Source: Oscillospiraceae bacterium (lineage in GTDB: Bacteria > Bacillota > Clostridia > Oscillospirales > CAG-272). From it: 64,000 nt of DNA. Of this stretch, positions 9,686-18,051 are shown piece after piece. The stretch lies in the NCBI GenBank assembly GCA_015063585.1, contig SVTW01000005.1, positions 525 through 64,524 of the forward strand, given 5' to 3'. A program made the translations under genes and the position numbers. The notes under the pieces were generated by a model, which was not told the DNA's origin, ran no database searches, and saw only the letters and a program-made list of their open reading frames with translations. Every line of letters starts with the position of its first letter. Position 1 is the stretch's first letter.

Positions 9686-10378
9686 TCAATTCAAAAGCTC
9701 AAATTTATAGCCAACACCCCAAACGGTTTTCAGCAGCCAACGGTCGGAAACGCCCTCCAGCTTTTCGCGAAGGCGCTTGACGTGAACGTCCACCGTGCGC
9801 GAATCGCCGAGATAATCAAATCCCCAAACCTTGTCAAGAAGCTGATCGCGTGTGAAAACGCGGTTATAGTTGGAGGCAAGGAAATGAAGCAGTTCCAATT
9901 CCTTGGGCGGAATATCAACCGATTTCCCGCGGAGCTTCAGCTCATATTTTTGCAGGCTGATCTCGATATTTTCAAACTTGATCACTTCCTCATCGTCCTG
10001 ATGAACGTGGCTCTGATAACGGCGAAGCACCGCCTTAACGCGTGCCGAAAGCTCTTTCATGTCAAAGGGCTTTACGACAAAATCGTCGGCACCGAGCTCC
10101 AAACCGAGCACCTTATCAAAAACGTCGCCTTTTGCCGTGATCATAATAACGGGCTTGGAGGACATCTCACGGATCTCTCGGCAAACCTGCCAACCGTCCT
10201 TTTTGGGAAGCATGATATCAAGCAAAACAAGATCGGGGTCAAAAATTTTGAAATAATTGATGCCCTCTACGCCGTCAGCCGCGGTTTTTACATGATAACC
10301 TTCGTTTTCAAAATACATTTTCAAAAGATCGCTGATATTCGCGTCATCGTCAACAATCAGAATTTTGGTGTCTGTCAT
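9686..10378 (-). CDS. OmpR-family response regulator
   Basis: 230 aa. Receiver domain (ILIVDDD, LVLLDIMLP, ITAKG) plus a winged-helix C-terminus (TVWGVGYKF). Confidence 0.92.
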   Translation of the reverse strand: MTDTKILIVDDDANISDLLKMYFENEGYHVKTAADGVEGINYFKIFDPDLVLLDIMLPKKDGWQVCREIREMSSKPVIMITAKGDVFDKVLGLELGADDFVVKPFDMKELSARVKAVLRRYQSHVHQDDEEVIKFENIEISLQKYELKLRGKSVDIPPKELELLHFLASNYNRVFTRDQLLDKVWGFDYLGDSRTVDVHVKRLREKLEGVSDRWLLKTVWGVGYKFELLN

Positions 10379-10689
10379 AATTACCGTCCTTCACTTTCTG
10401 TATTATTCCAAAAATTTCATTTAAATTATAATCGATCAATCGGATTTTTATGTGATGAATATCTGAATTTTTTGACGAAAATATTCGGATCACGGTTACC
10501 AATTGATCTGGGTGCAGAAAAATGAACAGTTCATTTTTTCAATTTTATTAATTATATCATAAAATCGAATCAATTGCAATGTTTTTACGATATTTCTCAA
10601 ACATTTTTTATAATAATCGGAACTTTAAAAAAAGGATTCGTGAAAATCGATAAAAAAAGCAAAAAAAACAATAAATTAAAATTTAAGTA

Positions 10690-10718
10690 TTGAAAATAAA
10701 CAAGCTGTATGCTATAAT
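10690..10718 (+). promoter_or_regulatory. candidate sigma-A promoter for ychF
   Basis: TTGAAA (10690-10695), a 17-nt spacer, then TATAAT (10713-10718). Confidence 0.4.
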
Positions 10719-10821
10719 ATTTATAATTGCAATTTTTAAAGGCTTCTGCCCTGCCAAAAAGATGCGGGCGACACTTTTCAGCCCCGGGTCAGCCTTGAAA
10801 ATAAAGGAGATACAGACAAAC

Positions 10822-11916
10822 ATGAAACTTGGTATCGTAGGACTTCCCAACGTTGGAAAAAGTACACTTTTTAATGCGCTCACAAATGCGGGTGCCGAAT
10901 CCGCAAACTATCCCTTTTGCACCATTGAACCGAACGTAGGTGTTGTAACGGTTCCCGACAGCCGTCTTGATTTTCTGGCGGACATGCACCACCCCAACAA
11001 ATATACTCCCGCTGTGATTGAGTTTGTTGATATCGCAGGTCTTGTAAAGGGAGCGTCCAAGGGCGAGGGCTTAGGCAACCAATTCCTTGCGAATATCCGC
11101 GAGGTCGACGCTATTTTGCATGTGATCCGTTGCTTTGAAAACGAGAATATCATTCACGTGGACGGGGCAATTGACCCGATGCGCGATTTGGAAACCATTA
11201 ACCTGGAACTGATCTTTGCCGACATGGAGGTGCTTGAGCGCCGCATGGACCGCACCCGCAAGGCAATGAAGGCAGACAAAAAATACGGCGCGGAGCTGGC
11301 TGTGTTTGAAAAATTAATGGCAGCCCTTGCCGAGGGGAAGTGTGCGCGCACGGTTGAATTGACCGAGGACGAGGAGGCTTGTCTTTACGATACACCCCTG
11401 CTCACCCGTAAGCCCGTGATCTACGTTGCAAACGTCAGCGAGGATAACGCAGGCGCGGAGCCTACCGATAATGCCGCATACACAGCGCTTAAGGCATATG
11501 CCGCAACCGAGCATTCCGAGGTCATTCCGATCTGCTGTCAGATCGAAGCCGAAATCGCCGAGCTTTCGGGCGAGGAAAAAGCGATGTTCCTGGCGGATAT
11601 GGGAATTGAGGAGAGCGGTCTTGATCGTTTGATCAAGGCAAGCTATTCTCTGCTTGGTTTGGTCAGCTTCCTTACCGCCGGTCCCGATGAGTGCCGTGCC
11701 TGGACGATCCGCCGCGGCACGAAAGCGCCCAAGGCTGCGGGAAAGATCCACTCGGATATTGAACGTGGCTTTATTCGCGCAGAGGTGCTCGCGTTTGAAG
11801 ATCTGAAAAAATACGGTTCGATGAATGCTGCGAAAGAGGCGGGCGTTCTTCGAAGCGAAGGAAAAGAATACGTCATGCAGGACGGCGACATCGTATTTTT
11901 CCGCTTTAACGTATAA
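10822..11916 (+). CDS. ychF: redox-regulated ATPase YchF
   Basis: The start was reset to the ATG at 10822 ([21 protein letters not shown]), preceded by AAAGGAGA. The track ORF from 10690 adds a hydrophobic non-homologous leader. A C-terminal TGS-like [11 protein letters not shown] is present. Confidence 0.92.
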   Translation: MKLGIVGLPNVGKSTLFNALTNAGAESANYPFCTIEPNVGVVTVPDSRLDFLADMHHPNKYTPAVIEFVDIAGLVKGASKGEGLGNQFLANIREVDAILHVIRCFENENIIHVDGAIDPMRDLETINLELIFADMEVLERRMDRTRKAMKADKKYGAELAVFEKLMAALAEGKCARTVELTEDEEACLYDTPLLTRKPVIYVANVSEDNAGAEPTDNAAYTALKAYAATEHSEVIPICCQIEAEIAELSGEEKAMFLADMGIEESGLDRLIKASYSLLGLVSFLTAGPDECRAWTIRRGTKAPKAAGKIHSDIERGFIRAEVLAFEDLKKYGSMNAAKEAGVLRSEGKEYVMQDGDIVFFRFNV

Positions 11917-11931
11917 TCGCATCAATTGCAC

Positions 11932-11968
11932 AGATCGGAACTCCAAAATCAGGGTTCCGATCTTTTTT
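11932..11968 (+). terminator. rho-independent terminator of ychF
   Basis: AGATCGGAAC-N12-GTTCCGATCT followed by TTTTTT. Confidence 0.7.
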
Positions 11969-12043
11969 ACAAAAGCAATCTACCAACCGTGGATTTTGAA
12001 AGTTGTAAAAATAAAAAACGGAAAGAAATCCACCGAAAGTAGG

Positions 12044-12072
12044 TTTACATCAAAAAAAAGAAATGATATAAT
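12044..12072 (+). promoter_or_regulatory. candidate sigma-A promoter for the HTH-kinase cluster
   Basis: TTTACA (12044-12049), a 17-nt spacer, then TATAAT (12067-12072). Confidence 0.4.
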
Positions 12073-12102
12073 TAATATGAATAAATATTAAGGAGGCGAA
12101 AA

Positions 12103-13314
12103 ATGGATTCCAAAACCTTAGGCAATACAATCGCTCTACTGCGTCGACAAAATGATATCACGCAATCCGCCTTGGCGGAACAGCTTGGTGTAAGCAACAA
12201 GGCAGTGAGCAAATGGGAAAGCGGTCAAGGCTTCCCCGATATTACGCTTCTACCTACAATTGCGGAATTTTTCGGCGTTACGATCGATTATCTGATGATG
12301 GGAGAAAAAAGAGGAATCGTGATCGCGGGCAACATGCTCCTTGATATTGTAAAAAATATCAAGCAATACCCTTCTATCGGAATGTTGGCAGACGTATCCG
12401 ATATCTCCTATGCGGTTGGCGGGTGCGCGCCCAACACCGCTATCGACCTTGCAAAAATCGATTCGCGAATCCCGATCAGCGTAATCGGACGCGTTGGAAC
12501 CGACGAAAACGGACGGTTTGTGGTGTCCCAGCTTCAAAAATACGGAATTAACGTCAACCGCGTAACCTATTCCTCCACAATGCCAACCAGCTTTTCGGAC
12601 GTAATGAGCGTTCCGTCCGGTGAGCGTACCTTCTTCCATAAACGCGGCGCAAATGCGGAATTTTCGCCCGCGGACATTGATATTTCCACGCTCAATTGCA
12701 ATCTTTTGCATATCGGTTATATCCTGCTTTTGGATTGCTTTGATGCCGAGGACCGCCAATACGGAACGGTGATGGCACGATTCCTCCATAACGTTCAAAA
12801 GGCAGGAATTAAAACCTCCATTGACGTTGTAAGCGACAGCACGGGCGACTTCCAAAAGAAGCTGCTTCCCGCACTTCCCTATTGCAACTACGTCATTATC
12901 AATGAAATCGAATGCTGCAACGCATGGAACCTCAACGCCTATAAGCCTGACGGAACGCTTGACCGCGACACCGTACGGCTTGCGATGCAAAAGATGATTG
13001 AGCGCGGAGTGAGCGATCTTGTAATCGTTCACAGTAAAAAGGTCGCGTTCTCGCTCAACACCAAGGGCAATTTCACCGAAGTACCCTCGCTTTGTATTCC
13101 CAAAGAGCTCATTCGCGGTTCGGTTGGCGCGGGCGACGCCTTTTGCGCGGGCAGTCTTTACGGAATTTACCACGGATACAGCGACAAACAAATTTTGGAG
13201 TTCGCATCTGCCGCCGCGGCATGCAATCTCTTTGAAGCCAATTCGGTTGACGGCATGAGACCGCGCAACGAAATTTTGAAAATAGCAGAAAAATATGGGA
13301 GGATTTCATTATGA
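12103..13314 (+). CDS. fusion protein: XRE-type HTH domain + PfkB-family carbohydrate kinase
   Basis: 403 aa. Residues 1-65 are typical HTH_3 (ITQSALAEQLGVSNKAVSKWESGQGFPDITLLPTIAEFFGVTIDYL). The rest is a ribokinase-like fold with the C-terminal anion-hole motif GAGDAFCAG. Confidence 0.8.
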   Translation: MDSKTLGNTIALLRRQNDITQSALAEQLGVSNKAVSKWESGQGFPDITLLPTIAEFFGVTIDYLMMGEKRGIVIAGNMLLDIVKNIKQYPSIGMLADVSDISYAVGGCAPNTAIDLAKIDSRIPISVIGRVGTDENGRFVVSQLQKYGINVNRVTYSSTMPTSFSDVMSVPSGERTFFHKRGANAEFSPADIDISTLNCNLLHIGYILLLDCFDAEDRQYGTVMARFLHNVQKAGIKTSIDVVSDSTGDFQKKLLPALPYCNYVIINEIECCNAWNLNAYKPDGTLDRDTVRLAMQKMIERGVSDLVIVHSKKVAFSLNTKGNFTEVPSLCIPKELIRGSVGAGDAFCAGSLYGIYHGYSDKQILEFASAAAACNLFEANSVDGMRPRNEILKIAEKYGRISL

Positions 13315-13847
13315 AAAGAGCAGACTGTGAGGCGCAAACAAAGCTTGCGCTGGAATATTATGAAAAAGCCGGCATCGTATTGAATGAATACGAAAAGAAA
13401 AACATTGAGGTAATTGATTTCGGTCTTGGAAAGGTTGCCGAAATGGGACTCCAGCTCCTGACCTACATCAACACCGATCGCGTTTGCGCAAAGGAAATGG
13501 TGCTCGGGCCTTATCAATCCTGTTTGGAGCATAAGCATGTTCCCACAAACGGGTGTGCGGGAAAAGAAGAAACCTTCCGTTGCCGCTTTGGTAAAGTTTA
13601 TCTTTACGTAGAAGGCGAAGGCAAAAAGGAAGATATTCAGGCACGTCTCCCCGACAGCAAGGTAAGCGTATTCCATGAGATCGTACTCAACCCCGGTGAG
13701 CAGTACACCATCATGCCCGAAACATGGCATTGGTTCCAGGCAGGTGCTGAGGGTGCTGTCATTTCGGAATTTTCAACCAGAAGCACCGACGAAACCGACA
13801 TCTTTACCGACGAGCGCTTGGTTCGTCAGCCTACCATTGAAGAATAA
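13311..13847 (+). CDS. D-lyxose/D-mannose isomerase-like cupin
   Basis: 178 aa of cupin size. It has the metal-ligand context LEHKHVP...GKEETFRCRFG and a WHWF segment, resembling the small D-lyxose ketol-isomerase family. The ATG overlaps the upstream stop (ATGA). Confidence 0.6.
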   Translation: MKRADCEAQTKLALEYYEKAGIVLNEYEKKNIEVIDFGLGKVAEMGLQLLTYINTDRVCAKEMVLGPYQSCLEHKHVPTNGCAGKEETFRCRFGKVYLYVEGEGKKEDIQARLPDSKVSVFHEIVLNPGEQYTIMPETWHWFQAGAEGAVISEFSTRSTDETDIFTDERLVRQPTIEE

Positions 13848-13867
13848 TTCGAAAAGAGGATAAAGAA

Positions 13868-14698
13868 ATGCTTGTAAATCTCAATGATGTTTTACTGGAC
13901 GCGCAAAAAAATCATTACGGCGTAGGACTTTTTAACACCACCGACACCGATATGCTCGAAGCCGCGATCTCGGCAGCCGAAGAGCTCCGCTCCCCTATTA
14001 TCATCGGTACGGCAGAGGTTCTTCTTCCCTTCGGCGAGCTTCAGCTCATCGCCCCCTCGATCATTGCCGCCGCAAAGCGTGCAAGTGTTCCCGTTGTGGT
14101 TCATTATGACCACGGTTTGACCTTTGAGCGCTGCATGGAAGCACTCAAGCTTGGTTTCTCAAGTGTAATGTTTGACGGATCCGCCGGCGACGTTGCCGAA
14201 AACCTCAAGGCAACGAGAGAAATGGTAAAGATCGCGCACGCGATGGGCGCAACGGTTGAGGGTGAGATCGGACACGTTGGTCAAGCCGACACGTGCGACA
14301 ACGAAACCGAGGACCGCTACACCACGCCCGAAGAAGCGATCTCGTTTGTAGATGCCACCGGCGTGGACGCGCTTGCGATCGCGATCGGAACGGCGCACGG
14401 TGCATACAAATCCAAGCCGAAGCTTGATATCGCACGTCTGCAACAGATCCGCGCGGCACTGGATACACCGCTTGTTCTGCACGGCGGCTCGGGTCTCTCC
14501 GACGATGATTTCAGAAACACCATTCAAAACGGTATCGCAAAGGTGAATATTTTCACCGATCTTTGCCTTGCAGGTGAGAACGTGATGAAGAACACCAAAA
14601 CAGAAGGTTATCTGAATATCCGCAACGAAAAGGTTCAGGCAATCAAGGAAGCCGTGATGAGAAAGATGATCCTGTTCGGCTCGAACGGAAAAGCTTGA
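13868..14698 (+). CDS. class II ketose-bisphosphate aldolase family protein (FBA/tagatose-bisphosphate aldolase-like)
   Basis: 276 aa. Motifs VVHYDHG, EGEIGHVG, GTAHGAYK and LVLHGGSG are typical of the class II aldolase family. Confidence 0.85.
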   Translation: MLVNLNDVLLDAQKNHYGVGLFNTTDTDMLEAAISAAEELRSPIIIGTAEVLLPFGELQLIAPSIIAAAKRASVPVVVHYDHGLTFERCMEALKLGFSSVMFDGSAGDVAENLKATREMVKIAHAMGATVEGEIGHVGQADTCDNETEDRYTTPEEAISFVDATGVDALAIAIGTAHGAYKSKPKLDIARLQQIRAALDTPLVLHGGSGLSDDDFRNTIQNGIAKVNIFTDLCLAGENVMKNTKTEGYLNIRNEKVQAIKEAVMRKMILFGSNGKA

Positions 14699-14721
14699 TT
14701 TTATCACGTATTCATATACAG

Positions 14722-14762
14722 AAGGGGTGTCAACCAAATGCAGTGCATTTGAGACACCCCTT
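14722..14762. terminator. nested-palindrome stem-loop between convergent genes (diverged relative of repeat module HP5)
   Basis: AAGGGGTGTC...CAAATGC-AGT-GCATTTG...GACACCCCTT. It lies between the aldolase stop (14698) and the permease stop (14800). Confidence 0.55.
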
Positions 14763-14799
14763 ACTGTTTGATACGCAGTATTTTGATCAAGCGGATCGG

Positions 14800-15798
14800 T
14801 CAAATTAAGAAAATAACAGAAGAAAGCAAAACGATCACGTCGCTTTTTCGCAAGCGGAAGCCCCGCCTGTAGATAAAATATCCGATCAGCATACAGATCA
14901 TAATGAATAAAAATGCCTGATTGTCGCTGAAAGAAATCAACGTGTATCCGCAAATCGGAATCATGGTTCGGTATCCAAACCATGAGGTTGAAAGATCACC
15001 GATCTGCTCGGTACGCTTCTTTTGCATGACGATAAAGAAGCCAATCAGCGCGGCAATGCCCAATATTCCCCAAAGAACAAAACCATACCATTGACGCAAA
15101 TAGATCTCGGGTAACGATACGAAATCATTGGTATAAAAGTTAGCAAAAATCAGATCGTCCATGATAACCGTTAAATTGTTGATCGGGCTGTAGATAAAGC
15201 CCCATGAATGCTTGAAAAAGGCGGTATCATCGGGTTTCTTCGTGATCATCTCTTGGAGTCGATATCCCCAGGAATCCACAAAATACAGCAGGAAAACACT
15301 CAATCCGCAAAAAATCACGCCGTCGAGTACACTGTTTGCGCAAGCAAAAAAGAAACAGAAAATCGAATACATAACGGCTGCAATGAGCAAAGAGAAGAAA
15401 TAATACCCCCAAAACCATTCCATCTGAAAAGAAATCGTGGAGAAAGCCCAAATAGGCAACGCCGCAAAAAACGAGATGCTGAATACAAATATTATCTGAA
15501 TCAGTCCGCTGAGATAGTGCGCCGCCGCAATGGTGCTTCGGCTGATCGGAAACGAATACATAGTGTCAAGATTCCGCCGATTTTTCAGCCCCGCAAACTC
15601 AAGTATGGGAATAACGGTGCAAAGAATGCCGAGTACGATCGAAAAGACGTAGAGCCCCGTTTCGGAGGATTGAAACTCATGATATGCAAGATCACGTATC
15701 ACAGGCTGTGTATAGAGAATTGCCAGCACCGACATCACCGCCGTCGGCAAAAGCGCATGCCTGAGGCGATATAACAAATAAGATCGGAATTCACTCAT
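14800..15798 (-). CDS. ABC-2-type multi-pass membrane permease
   Basis: 332 aa and very hydrophobic, with at least 6 predicted TM segments. The start overlaps the ATPase stop by 4 nt. Confidence 0.65.
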   Translation of the reverse strand: MSEFRSYLLYRLRHALLPTAVMSVLAILYTQPVIRDLAYHEFQSSETGLYVFSIVLGILCTVIPILEFAGLKNRRNLDTMYSFPISRSTIAAAHYLSGLIQIIFVFSISFFAALPIWAFSTISFQMEWFWGYYFFSLLIAAVMYSIFCFFFACANSVLDGVIFCGLSVFLLYFVDSWGYRLQEMITKKPDDTAFFKHSWGFIYSPINNLTVIMDDLIFANFYTNDFVSLPEIYLRQWYGFVLWGILGIAALIGFFIVMQKKRTEQIGDLSTSWFGYRTMIPICGYTLISFSDNQAFLFIMICMLIGYFIYRRGFRLRKSDVIVLLSSVIFLI

Positions 15799-16676
15799 TT
15801 CAGACGCCCCCTTTCTCCAACCGAATGAATAAACAGTTCTTCAAAATCCATCTTCATCTCCTCCGCGATCAACGGACGCAAGGCTTGCAATCGGTCACTC
15901 ATATCAGCGCTCTGCCCTTCCAGCACAAGCTGAACGAAATGTCCGTTTATTTCGATCGAGGCAACGGGAAGCCCCTCAAACAATGCTTCGTTCGGCAAAT
16001 CGGAAAAAGCAAGCTGGAATTTGCAAAACCGTGCCACGCTTTCTGAAAGATTGCCCGATGCTGCAACGGTTGCATGGTCGAGCAACGCATAGGAATCGCA
16101 AAAATCCTCCAATTCACGCAAGGAATGGCTTGAGATCAGCACTCCCGTTCCGTGATCCTCAACCAATCGGTTGATCTCACGCTTGAATGTCAGCCGCGCC
16201 AAGGGGTCAAGCCCATCAAAGGCTTCATCAAGAAGCAAATATTGCGGGCGGATCGCCAAAGCCAGCGCGCTGTATAGCTGACGGCGCATTCCCTTTGAAA
16301 AATTTCGGATCGGCTTTTTCGGGTCCAATTGAAATGTCTGCATGTAGCCGACAAATGCGTTAAAGTCAATATTGGGATAAAAGGTTCGGTAAAAACGGTA
16401 GATGCTCCAGCCCGTGGAGGACAGGGTGAAATAGGGATCGTCGGGTAAAAAGAAGATCTCTTTATGCGAAGCGGCAACGCGGACGTCCTGTCCGTTGCAA
16501 AGCACCGTGCCGCGATCGGGTTTATATACCCCTGCGATCAAGCGCAGGAGCGTGCTTTTTCCCGCTCCATTGATTCCAACAAGTCCCATCACACTCCCCT
16601 CGGAAAGAGAGAGCGTTACATCGTCCAATATCGTTTTGCCACCCAAAGAATGCGTTAAATGTTGAATTTCAATCAT
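15795..16676 (-). CDS. ABC transporter ATP-binding protein
   Basis: 293 aa. Walker A GINGAGKST, signature FSKGMRRQL (slightly atypical) and Walker B LLLDEAFDGLD. Confidence 0.88.
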   Translation of the reverse strand: MIEIQHLTHSLGGKTILDDVTLSLSEGSVMGLVGINGAGKSTLLRLIAGVYKPDRGTVLCNGQDVRVAASHKEIFFLPDDPYFTLSSTGWSIYRFYRTFYPNIDFNAFVGYMQTFQLDPKKPIRNFSKGMRRQLYSALALAIRPQYLLLDEAFDGLDPLARLTFKREINRLVEDHGTGVLISSHSLRELEDFCDSYALLDHATVAASGNLSESVARFCKFQLAFSDLPNEALFEGLPVASIEINGHFVQLVLEGQSADMSDRLQALRPLIAEEMKMDFEELFIHSVGERGRLK

Positions 16677-17016
16677 GGTTCTGATATACCTCCTCGATCC
16701 ATTTGAGTAAAGTCTCTTTCTTCACGCCGCGCTCATATAACGCGACCACAAGCTCGCGTCCGTGCGGATCCTCCTGCGGCACCTCTTCAAAGCAAACGTA
16801 AATCCCTTTTTTGGGAAGCGAACGAACGTAGCCCTGTTCCTCAAGATAAGCATAGGCGCGCGCCACCGTATTGGGATTAACACCCAGCTCCAATGCCGCC
16901 GCCCGCACCGAGGGCAATCGTTCCCCCTGCCCTAAAAGCCCCAATTGAATATACTGTCGGTAACGTTCGGCAATCTCAAGATATACATCCTGCCTGCCCG
17001 ACATGCTCCATTTCAT
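16669..17016 (-). CDS. GntR-family (YtrA-subfamily size) transcriptional regulator
   Basis: 115 aa. Winged-HTH motif LPSVRAAALELGVNPNTVARAYAYLEEQGYV. It overlaps the downstream ABC ATPase start. Confidence 0.85.
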   Translation of the reverse strand: MKWSMSGRQDVYLEIAERYRQYIQLGLLGQGERLPSVRAAALELGVNPNTVARAYAYLEEQGYVRSLPKKGIYVCFEEVPQEDPHGRELVVALYERGVKKETLLKWIEEVYQNHD

Positions 17017-17111
17017 TTCTCACCACCCCAATCTGTATTAACTGTATTATCTGTTCTGTCTGTATTATAGCATAGAAAAGCCCTTTTGTCAATAGCTTTT
17101 TATAAAAAAAA

Positions 17112-17210
17112 AGGCTGCGTCATTGGCGCAGCCTCAATTGCGGTGTTTAGCCGCAAAGCAAAAACGTTGGGGGTGAGTACCAAATGCATTTTTGCATTTG
17201 ACTCACCCCC
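17112..17210. repeat. intergenic multi-hairpin repeat, short form (copy A: HP1 + HP4 + HP5)
   Basis: It is about 98% identical to the matching parts of 25112-25282 but lacks the internal 71 nt corresponding to 25137-25207. Confidence 0.85.
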
Positions 17211-17220
17211 TTTTTTGGGA

Positions 17221-18015
17221 TCAAAGCTCCGAAATCTTTTTGATACGCTCAAAGCAGGTAGCGAGGAATTCCTCGGCGGTCCACTGTGCGTAACATTCTC
17301 TTGAATTGCCAACCTCAAGCACAAGAGCGCCCTCAAAGTTGTATTCGTCAAGCTTGCGCATCATCTTTTCATAGTTAAATGTGCCGTCAAACGGGAGCAG
17401 ATGCGTGTCGGGATCACCGATTGCCTCGTCCCCTCTGCCGTGATTGTCGTGAATATGGGTTGCAACCAATTTATTGCGGAAAATATCCATCCACGTTACG
17501 TACTTGGTGTAGCAATGCTCATGTCCGCAATCGTAGCAGAAGCGAACGTACTCCATCTTCTCGTAACGGTCTGCAAAGTAAGCCAGATTTCCAACCTTAC
17601 GCAGGTTTTCAAATGCAATCGTTACCTTCTTTTCGGTGGCGTAAAGAACGAGCTCGTCAAACCGAGCCAATCCAAGATCTGTGATTTCAGGCGCATCCCA
17701 ACCGCTCGAAACGTGAATGATCACCGCGGGAACACCGTTTGCCGCCGCATTGTCGATCGCCTGCTTCATGCCGTTCATAAGAGGCAGATAGCTCAGCCCT
17801 GCCAACCACATGGTGTTGATGCCTTTAAAGGGCGCGTGGATAAACTCGCAGGTCAATCCAAGCTCCTTTCCGTGCGCTACGATCGCCGCTACCTTATCGG
17901 GATCCTGCGTACCCGTGAAAAAGCAATCAAAGCCTGCCGCTTTGATCAGATCAAGCGTCTTTACGGGATCTTCTCCGCGAATGCATTCGCAAATAATACC
18001 TAATTTTCTTTTCAT
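17221..18015 (-). CDS. sugar phosphate isomerase/epimerase (xylose isomerase-like TIM barrel)
   Basis: 264 aa. Pattern IHAPF...IAFEN...CYDCGHE...HIHDN...EV is typical of the AP_endonuc_2/TIM-barrel family. Confidence 0.75.
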   Translation of the reverse strand: MKRKLGIICECIRGEDPVKTLDLIKAAGFDCFFTGTQDPDKVAAIVAHGKELGLTCEFIHAPFKGINTMWLAGLSYLPLMNGMKQAIDNAAANGVPAVIIHVSSGWDAPEITDLGLARFDELVLYATEKKVTIAFENLRKVGNLAYFADRYEKMEYVRFCYDCGHEHCYTKYVTWMDIFRNKLVATHIHDNHGRGDEAIGDPDTHLLPFDGTFNYEKMMRKLDEYNFEGALVLEVGNSRECYAQWTAEEFLATCFERIKKISEL

Positions 18016-18051
18016 AACTGCTCTCCTTATGTTTTATCCGTTATTTTCTTC

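Noticed and set aside
10690-10821. The N-terminal 44-aa hydrophobic extension of ychF in the track ORF.
   Set aside because: YchF proteins begin at the [15 protein letters not shown] P-loop. The internal ATG has an AAAGGAGA RBS, and the extension overlaps the predicted promoter.
17086-17304. Small ORFs covering the intergenic repeats (17086-17304, 17100-17351, 25012-25197, 59129-59425) that share peptide strings, suggesting a repeated micro-gene.
   Set aside because: The shared peptides follow from the shared DNA repeat. The frames lack RBSs, they differ in start and extent between copies, and the short form deletes part of them. RNA or DNA hairpin structure explains the conservation better.
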